From: the human T2T-CHM13v2.0 reference genome, Homo sapiens
Length of the DNA: 64,000 bases
Assembly (NCBI GenBank): GCA_009914755.4
Contig: CP068257.2
Span: forward strand, 40,928,001-40,992,000
Direction of reading: 5' to 3'
Shown here: in pieces, positions 54,251-64,000 of the stretch
Layout of the letters: each line of letters opens with the position of its first letter
Numbering within the stretch: the first letter of the stretch is position 1
Program-made: the position numbers and the translations under genes
Notes under the pieces: generated by a model
Databases searched by the model: none
Told to the model about the DNA's origin: nothing
The model's input: only the letters and a program-made list of their open reading frames with translations

Positions 54251-56837
54251 TTATTATGTATTTTTAAGCAAATTATTGGATCATACCATTGCACCCAAAC
54301 AATGCTGCCGTGTTACACAGCCATTTGTCCAGCCTCCTGTTCTATGGATGAAGATCACCAGGGTTCTCCACTTTCCAGACGAACGAAGCCACTGACGACC
54401 CGACAGGCCACGTGACTTGGCACAGCGCAGCCCTCAGGATCAGGGTCCTATCAGAGCCCTCTGGGGATGCTGGTTGTGCCTGGTGGCATTGCAGGAGGGA
54501 ACGAGCCCTGCCTGGACTGTCCCCAGGTGATCACACACATGCCACCGGGATGAGGCAGGAGGGTGGACCCTTGTGAGAGGAACAAGCCACGGGTGCTCTG
54601 TCCCCTGGCATCCCCTCAGCAGCAGGACTCTAAATCCCCTCGCCTCCTACTGAAGGAGGAGAGAAATGAGTAAGAAATTGAAGTTACCACTAACGTTATT
54701 TTTAGAAACTGCAGTACGAAATGAAAAAAAAATGTCTCCAGACTGCCGAGTGGGGGAAACGAGAAATACATGCCTCCAAATTATATGAAAGGCAAGAAAA
54801 CCACCCAAGTGCCAGTGACTCACAGGAGCTGGGGTGGGTTCAATCAGGATAGGGAACTCCTGGAGGGCCTTCAACTGGGCGGCAAGTTGATGGCACTGCT
54901 GTCACCCTGCAGGAAAGACCCGGCTCTCTTCCAAAGCCTCCCCAGCCATTTGCAAGCTCAGCGTGGGAAGCAGGCTGGGCTGAGCACGTCCAGGGCTCCC
55001 AAACTACGCTGGAGCCAAAATCCAGGACTCCCGCCTGAATTGGGATCCTTGGAGCGGGGTGCTGGAGGGAATGCTGCGGCCTCTCAGGTCTGTGACCGCG
55101 TCCACGCCAAGGCTTGCTGCATGCAACCCGTAAGCTGAGAGTTGCCACCATCCAGACACCACCCTGTGCAGCGGAGTGGGGCAGGGCAGGACTGAGAGAC
55201 GGTGTCTGCCCTCCAGACCACCTTGCAGGCCCATGCTGTGGGGCTCAGTCTCCCTCACCCTGGGGCATGGATCAAGCAGGCCTGTCCCCTCTAAGAATGC
55301 CCCATCTCTGTAGTCCTCTGTAAAAGTCACTAATGCTTTCTGCCAAGTATTTCCAATTCTTGCCCCTTCTAGGCTCCTGCAGCAATTCCGCTCCCAGCCT
55401 CCTACCATGTTGGCCAACATTTTGACACGTGAACCTTCTGGGCTGGGCATGGGTCATGTGGCAGAGCCATTTCCCCTGGCCATGGGGACTGGCAACATCC
55501 GACACGTCGGCTGCTCAGTGAGCCTGGTCCAGGCGTGGCAGTGTGAGGCAGAGTCCCCCAGCCCAGTAGCCCCCCAGTAACTGGGTAACCAATGTGACAG
55601 GACGGCCACGGGGAGGCCGGGGTGGTGCTCAGTGGGCAGAGGTGGCTCATTTACAGCACTGTGCCTGTGACGCTGTGGGAAGCCGACCTCACACCTAACA
55701 AAATCGCAGCTCCAGAGGAGGGGCCTGGAAACGATGTTAGTAGTAATGGGTGTTGCTTGCCTTTGGATTGCTTTAGAAAGATATTATAAGGAAATGATGC
55801 ACTCAGAAAGTAATTATGTGGTTTGTAAGCCAGGATGAAAGGGAACGGAGAGTTCAATTCAGGAACGTGCAGGACTAAACAGAAGCTCCTCAAATACCAA
55901 CAGCAAAATGGTAAAATGGAAAGATGCCTGAAGCAACAGCTGCCACAAAAGCTCAACGTCTTCAAGAGGGAAATCAAGCCATGGCCTCATGTCCACTTCC
56001 ACCACATCTCTTAAGAAAAAACTCAAATCTTTTTTTCTCTGCTCTCACACAACTACAACAATCAGCACAGAAGACTTCTGTGACCCCAAAATATGTGGAG
56101 ATTTCTCCCCACCAGCAAGCAAGCAGTCAGCACTACAGCAGACACCGTCTGGGTGTCCTGTAATTCCATCCTGACACTCTACCTGGAGAGAGCTTGTATT
56201 CCATAGGATGGGGGCTCCGTCCCCAAGACTGCCCCCTCCCACCTCAGACACCAGTTGCAAGCCTGTGCCTCTGGAACTTCTGACCAACTGGCTATAAATC
56301 AGGGTTCCCACAACCCCATCTCTGGGTTCAATTAATTTGCTGGAGCAGCTCATACAACTCAGGAAAACACTTATGTTTACCAGTTTGTTATAAAAGACAT
56401 TGCAAAAGATACAGATGAAGAAACACATAGGGCAAAGTATGGGGGAAAGGGTGCAGAGCTTCCATGCCCTCCCCAGGGGCCACCCTCCAGGAGCCTCTGT
56501 GTGGTCAGTGTTCAGCCATCCTGAAGAGCCCTTTCCTCTTGGGCCTTTCATGGAGATGCATGGGGTGGGCATGATTGACAACCATGTAGAAATATGATTG
56601 GCCCAAAAGGATATGGTCTAAACCCGGCGAGGCTGTCTGGCCACATTCTTCTTGGCTTTTCTGGGCAGCATTCCCTCCTCCAGGGTGTGGGGTAGGACCC
56701 CCTCTGGAATGAGGGGCTTATGACCCACAAGCAGATTAGGGTTCCACCTGCCCAAGGCAGGTGAAAAGAGGGCAGAAGAAGATCAGGGAGAGAGATTCTG
56801 TTTGTTAGGGCTGTGGGAGTTATAAGCCAGGAACTGT

Positions 56838-56962
56838 GGACAAAACCCCATATATATATATATGTATATACATACATATATGCATATATTAAGCCATATG
56901 TGTATGTATGTATATATACATATACATATATGTATATACATCTATATGGGGTTTTGTCCACA
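56838..56962. repeat. AT-rich near-palindrome with perfect 14-bp terminal inverted arms
   Basis: TGGACAAAACCCCA at 56838-56851 is the exact reverse complement of TGGGGTTTTGTCCA at 56947-56960. The interior is (TATATA/TACATA)n. Confidence 0.85.
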
Positions 56963-59900
56963 TTTTTTATACATTTTTTTTATATATAAGATAATATTAC
57001 AATGTCTGAATGGACCGAAGTGAATCATGTCAGGTGGACACAATGGCTCGGGAAAAACAGACAAAGGGTATGGCATTCCTATGTAAGCTCTGTCGCCTCG
57101 AGAGGCCTGCAATCGTCTCTCTCCATAATTTCAGTAAGAAGCCGAACAAACGCATTTTTAAGAGGATGGTAACACCAAAGGACCTATAAACCTAGAAGAA
57201 AATCATCAATTATCATTATCTGTAGCAGTTTATGTTCTAAAAAGTCACTGTAAACACGGATTTAGAGATGAATGAACCATGCTCCTAGGAGAAAGACAGG
57301 GTTAAGGTTCCTGAGAGCTCTGGTCACTAAATTTTCATCAATCCACACACGATCTTGTTTTATGTGTGTTTCTGTTTAAAGACACCTGTGTAATATTGTT
57401 GACTCATTAACATTGAAGCTTTCTCTAAGATGCCTTTTTTCTCTGTCTGGCACATGGCACCCGGCTTCCCAGTGCTTAGGACCACATCAGCACTATGCTT
57501 GGGCCAACTTAGACAGCAAAACCACCCAAAAAAAAAAAAAAGTCACTAAGGAGACCATGGAAAGACCCGTGTTTACAGGATGAGCTAGAACGAGAAGGCA
57601 GAACGTCACTGTGTGCGACCTCAGCTGGGAACATGCACATCCTATGTCTTAAACTTTCCCCCTCCCTGTATGTGTCCAGTGACCCGGAGTGCCCCAAGTA
57701 TTGATGTGGGGGTTACAAATACATTTTCCCCAGCGGGTGAATTCACAGACTGCATTTGTGATCGTTTGAGAACTTGAGAATAACCCAGGGCTCCCATTCT
57801 TTGAGGAGTGGCAGAGAGGCTGAGAAAGTGGGGACTCTCCAGTGCCTGGGACGCAGGTGGCCCAGGGGACAGACCAAAGGAAGGGCCAGTCACTGCCACC
57901 AAGAACATGGACTGGGGCCTGCCTAGGGAGGAGAGCTAGGGCCACATCAGGGAGTGTCCCCTACCGAACTGGGATCTCCGGCTGGCCGCACTCCACGATT
58001 GCCATGTGCTTGCCACTCTGCCCCTCTCTGAATGGGGGCTGGTTGCTATTGTCTCTGCTCCCACATTTCATAGTAAACAGGTAGGAAAAGTGAATGACTT
58101 GTCTTTCCACTTCATAGGTCTCCAGTCCAGAAAGGGCCTGTCCAGACCCGCTGAGGACCACTGGACACCACCCACAATGGAGAGACCACCTAGATCGCCA
58201 GGGCAGCCGTAGCACTTCCGGCAGGACTGGTGGGAACTTCAGGTAGGACTGGCGGGAACTTCAGGTGGGAGAGAGAGAATGTTCTTCATACGTGAGGGGA
58301 AGAAGCTTGACCTTGGGATGGCCATGTGATGTCAGCACTGGTCAGTTACTTCTGGTTTCTCTACTCTGGGAGGGTGGCAGTGTGGTAGGCGGGTCCCCAG
58401 GAAACAGACTCAGATTCGGACCCTAGCAGGCAGGAGGCTCATCGTGAAGTTCCCTTGGGGTCAAGGGTCATGGAAAGGAGGCAGCAGAGGATGGCACAGG
58501 GAGAGAGACGGCAGCCTTGAGCCCCCATGGAGAGAGAGAACCATCCCATCACGCTTGGCCCAAACAGCCATGCCTGACCTTCCCTAGGGGTCGTTCAGGC
58601 CTCCTCTGCGGCAGGTGCTCTCTGGGAGCACCTGCCTGTTACACACAGATCTTTGCACCTCCTGCCCACTCCCCCACGTCCAACCCATGCCTCATCCCTG
58701 ACTGCCCATCCCCACTCTCCACATCGCTCCCATTCTGGGTTCAGCCGGCAAAGTCGTTGGCCATTGCCCATGGGTTCAGAGATCTTCTAACCTCACAGCC
58801 ACTTACACAGAGGGGATGACCACTGGGAGAATGTTCCCTCATCACCCTCTGTGTTAGTCCATTCTCACATTGCTATAAAGATACTACCCAAGACTGGGTA
58901 ATTTATAAAGAAAAGAGGTTTCATTGACTCACAGTTCTGCATGGCTGGGGACGCCTCAGGAAACTTACAATCATGGCAGAAGGGGAAGCAGGCACGTCTT
59001 ACGTGGTGGTGGGCGAGAAAGACAAGTGCAAGCAGGGGAATTGCCAGACACTTATAAAACCATCAGATCTCATGAGAACTCCTTCACCATCACGAGAACA
59101 GCATGGGGAAAACAGCCCCCATGATCCAATCACTTCCCATCAGGTCTCACCCTCATCACCTGGGGATTACAGTTCAAGATGAGATTTGGGTGGGGACACA
59201 GAGCCAAACCATATCACCCTCTTTAAAGGGCAGCTTGCTGAGACTGGAGTATGGCAGCCAGGCGATTTGGGCTGGCCCCACAGGCAGAGCAGACACCTCC
59301 ATGAACTGAGGCCGGGCTTGTCCCTCCCTCCTCAGTTCACCAGAAGGTTCCTCCACTGGGGCTGTGGGGACTGCTGTGGAGGGTGGGGGGGGTACTGGGC
59401 AGCTGCCGCTGCTTGGCCTCCTGCTCCTGCTTCTGCTGCTGCCACACGCACACTCCCACCTGTGATGGGTTATTTCTGAGTCCCCAACCTCATGACCCAG
59501 GGGTGAGACAGAATCCAGCTCATCTGAGCAGTTCCACATGCACAATCAGGTATTCCATCACCCCAGGCCCCAGGAGCACATCAGCAGGGACTTTTCAGAA
59601 TTTTTTGCAGAATCCTCTGCCGCAGATGGCACGGCTTTGTTTCTGAATCCCAGGGGCCTGCACTGTGATTCTGGCATAGTGGCTTGCCATAAACACACAG
59701 CATTGCTTTCCCACGTCTGATACCTCTCATAACACAGGGTCCGACCAGCTGCAGGGCCTGAGTCACAGGGCTGCCAGCACTGCAGCCTCGACCTGCTGCA
59801 GGCTCAGGGAAGGCCGACAGCTTCTCCTATCAATGGTACATAGGCTGGAGTAGTCTTCATGTGTGTGGAACGTGCTGCCTCCAGAAGGCGTACTGGCATT

Positions 59901-60867
59901 GTCTGTCTCTCTTGGTCATGGGAGATGCAAGATGCAGTAATTGGCTCTTTGCTGTGGACGGGAGGCCCAATATGCTCCTGGTTATGGGATATGGGACCTC
60001 CCCACCAAGAGTGTTATTAGTGGCAGTTCCCAGAATCTTTGTAGGATTTGTCTGCCAGCTGCAGGCACTCAGGCATCTTACCAAGACTCCCAGTGTGTTA
60101 GCTGCTTCTTGGTTAGCACCCGGCCAGCGCAATGTAATCAATGTGGTGGGCCAGTGCCATGCTCTTTGGGATATCCAGCTTGTCCAGCTCTCTCTGGGCT
60201 TCCTTAGGGCATAGAATACATGGTTTATTAGCACATAACACTGAGGCAAAGCCAAGGTCCACTGTTATTCATCCTATGTGAAGGCAGGCTCTTTCGGATG
60301 CTCTTTCCTCGTAGGAATAGAAAAGAATGCACTTGCCATCTCAGTGGGGCAGAGCACACACCTGAGGCTGTGTTGATCCACCTTGACCGAGATCCCGCGC
60401 CTGGCAGGGCAGCTGCCGCTGTGGATTCTCCTTGGTGCAGCTTGCTGAAGTCCACTGTCTTCCTCCAGGAGTCTCCTATTTCTGCAGAGGCCAGCCTGGT
60501 AAATTAAATAGAGATACATTGAAGACCACCACCCCTATCCTTCAGCTCCTTAAGAGTAAAACTGAGTCACAACAGCTTGCATAAATCCTGTTTAAACATT
60601 TCAACTTACATAATCCTATCAACTTTTCATTTGTATGCTGTGGTCCTATTAGGGGTGGAAAATATCTGAGTCTCATGGTACCACATATGTTACCAGTGGA
60701 GGTATCCGAGTTATTGGCAGTGAATCCTTATGGGTCTGCAGCAACCTCAATTCTTGCCTCCTCAGAAGAAAGAATTAGACTGAGGGGCATAAGGCAAAAA
60801 AAGACACCAAGGCAACTTTCAGAAGAGGAATGGAAGTTTCTTTCAAAAGGCTTTAGAACAGGAAAGA

Positions 60868-61227
<360 letters not shown>

Positions 61228-61980
61228 TTAACCATGATCCTAGGACTTTCCAGGCTGGCCCCTTTCCCATGGTTCTTCCCTTAGGATGGGCTGCCCGCAT
61301 GCACATGCCCCCCTTACCCTTGGGAGGTGAGCACACACAGTGTGTTTAGGAAGTGGTACGCATGTCCCTCTGAGGCTTTCTTCCCTTTTCCTGTGGTGTG
61401 CCCCTGGAAGGTCACATTCTGCCATTTTGTTTCTTAATGCACATGGCTGGGAAGGTGCTTCTCCCTGGCGCCTGCATTCAGTGAACACTTTAGTGCAACA
61501 GGTGTAGACCATCAGGAAATGGCCTCTCGCTGGTGCCGGCTGCCAATTTATCCCTTTTAGAGAGACAATGTGATCATTGCCAAAGCATCACCTGACGTTC
61601 CTAGTGGGTGGGAGAAGAGCTCTCTCCTCCCTCTGCTCATGAGTGTCTAACTATACCTGTAACAGCACCAGGAACTTCTTTTTTCAACCCCCAGACCATT
61701 CTTCCCTCTCTTGTAAAAAAGATTTAGGTTCCCAGCAGGGGCTGAGCCAAGGGTCTCTCTTGCCAAACTTTAATCTGGACTTATCTGCATCAGCATTGCC
61801 CTAGGTAACTATTGCTCAGCTTTCTCATTGCAATCTTTGCCCTCTGATTTTTTTTTTTAATTTATCCAATCTGGGATAAATACAGAAAACTGGTTTGGGG
61901 CCCTTTAACATTGTGGGGGCCAGTGGAGGCTTCCTTTGGTTCACCCAACTTTTGACAGCATTGATTAAGACCTTTGTTTC

Positions 61981-62280
61981 TGCTGGGCGTGGTGGCTCAC
62001 ACCTGTAATCCCAGCACTTTGGAAGGCTGAGGTGGGTGAATCATTTAAGGTCAGGAGTTTGAGACCATCCTGGCCAACATGGCAAAACCCTGTCTCTACT
62101 AAAAAATACAAAAAAATTAGCAGGGCATGTTGGTGCACGCCTATAGTCCCAGCTACTCGGGAAGCTGAGGCAAACGACTTGCTTGAACCTGGGAGGCTGA
62201 GGTTGCAGTGAGCAGCTGAGATTGTGCAGTGCCAGCCTGGGCAACAGAGCAAGACTAAATCTCAAAAAAAAAAAGAAAAA
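61981..62280 (+). mobile_element. Alu SINE (AluS-like), sense
   Basis: GCTGGGCGTGGTGGCTCACACCTGTAATCCCAGCACTTTGGAAGGCTGAGGTGGG… with a poly-A at 62265-62280. Confidence 0.9.
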
Positions 62281-63185
62281 CTTTTATTTTAACTCCATCA
62301 ATTTCCATTTTATTCTTTTGCCGCTATAAAATATTTGAAGAGATTTATTCTGTGCCAAATCTGAGTGACCATGGCCTGTGACACAGCCCTCAGGAGTTCC
62401 TGAGAACATGTGCCCAAGGTGGTCGGGGCACAGCTTGTTTTTATATATTTTAGGGAGGCATGAGACATCAATCAAATACATTTAAGAAATACATTGGTTT
62501 GGTTCAGAGAGGCGGGACAACTCAAAGCGGGGCCTTCCAGGCTATAGGTAAATTTAAACATTTTCTGGTTGACAATTGGTTGAGTTTATCTGAAGACCTG
62601 GGATCAATGGAAAGGAATGTTTAGGTTAAGGTAAAGGATTGTGGAGACCAAGTTTTATTGTGCAGAGGAATCGCTCAGATAGCAGACTTCAGAGAGAGAG
62701 AGAGCAGGTTGTAAAATGTTTCTTTTCAGACCTAAAAGGGTGCCTGGCTCTTAGTTGATTATCTCCGGGATCTGGAAAAAAAGGGAAGGAAAACAAAGTG
62801 GGAAGGGCATTCTCTATAGAATGCGGATTTTTCCCACAAGAGACTTTGCAGGGCAATTTCAAGGTATGGCAAGGAAATATATTTTGGGGTTAAATATTTT
62901 TTTCCTTGTCTCATAATGTTATGCCAGAGTCAGATTGAAAGTAAGTCACAATATATAGGGTTAAATAAAACCCACCTGATGAGAATTTATGGTTTGTAGG
63001 GCATGATTCCCCAGACCCCTTAAGTAGGAATTTGGGCAAGATAAAAAATAAGAAAAAATAAGTCCTCCATTCATTCCATTTCTTAGTAATTATCTAAAGA
63101 TTGCCACCCTGGGATAAGCCCCAAGACTCTCTCGTCTTTCCTCTTAGCCTCATCTATCAATTTTTAAAAATTTATTTACCGTATT

Positions 63186-63511
63186 TTTATTTTATTTTTT
63201 ATTTTTTATTTTTTTGAGACGGAGTTTCGCTCTTTCACCCAGGCTGGAGTGAAGTGGCGTGATCTCAGCTCACTACAACCTCCGTCCCCCCGGGTTCAAG
63301 TGATTCTCCTTCCTCAGCCTCCTGAGTAGCTGGGATTATAGGCACCTGCCACCACGCCCGGCTAATTTTTGTGTGTGTGTTTATTTTTAGTAGAGATGGG
63401 GTTTCTCCATGTTGGCCAGGCTGGTCTTGAATTCCTGACCTCAGGTGATCCACCTGCCTCGGCCTCCCAAAGTGCTAGGATTACAGGCGTGAGCCACCAC
63501 GGTACCTGGCC
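63186..63511 (-). mobile_element. Alu SINE, antisense
   Basis: T-rich head (TTTTATTTTTTATTTTTTATTTTTTTGAGACGGAG…) then reverse-complement Alu ending …GGCGTGAGCCACCACGGTACCTGGCC. Confidence 0.9.
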
Positions 63512-64000
63512 TATTTACCTTATTTTTAAATAACCATTTAAAAATGTCCACTTCCCTTTGATGGATTCTGACTCTTCCTTTTGCCTTTCCCCTGCTCTTA
63601 ACTAACCTCATGTTTTTATCAGCATCTGTAAGACCCATGAGAAGAAACCAGCTGCTTCATCTGAGGTGCTGCACTTGGCATTTATATTGGAGTCAGACCG
63701 TCCCTTCTCAGGGTAAACAGACCTTCCAGTGCCTTTTATCCGGTTCCCCAGGCTGGCTGCTCCCTCAGGAATACTCTCCTGTGTGTCTGGATTGTGTATA
63801 CCCAGCTGCATTGTTCAGTGGTGAGTGTGGGTCCTGCATCAACCCAAACATGCTCTTTCCCTCTGCAGCATTTTAAACCAGAGACACTGCTCCCAAATTA
63901 GTCACTCTCACAATCCATTTTCATAAAGGTTCTTCAGGGAGCTGATGATCCAGATCTACAAAATGGAACAATTCCTTCACACGCCCCTCTAGTTTCAATA

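Overview
This window is primate, almost certainly human, nuclear genomic DNA and not a prokaryotic locus. It contains ten Alu SINEs (AluS/AluY-like), old L1 fragments, several minisatellites, and GT-AG spliced exons with long introns. The only protein-coding content I can support is the 3' half of SLC37A1 (sugar-phosphate exchanger 1, an MFS glucose-6-phosphate/phosphate antiporter on 21q22.3), on the + strand. Fifteen coding exons between 1224 and 42008 splice into one continuous reading frame (...LSGIIGERLPIRYY... to ...GDQVPFKEQ*). They are followed by a roughly 1 kb 3'UTR with an AATAAA signal at 43051. The N-terminal exons lie upstream of the window. From about 43.1 kb to the end of the window is downstream intergenic sequence. 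From memory it is the SLC37A1-PDE9A interval. I found no supportable gene there, only Alus and a cluster of GC-rich minisatellites. Those minisatellites have 47-, 48- and 51-bp units. Two of these periods (48 and 51 bp) are multiples of 3 and, being stop-free, hold reading frames open across the arrays; the 51-bp array at 49139-50090 is open in all six frames. This explains the largest six-frame ORFs (319-370 aa), which are artefacts. I see no novel biological system here. The most interesting sequence-level items are the CpG-rich 51-bp VNTR, a second 51/56-bp VNTR inside an SLC37A1 intron, a dispersed palindromic 45-bp repeat flanking a 38-nt microexon, a perfect-armed AT-rich palindrome, and an Alu flanked by an intact 13-bp target-site duplication.
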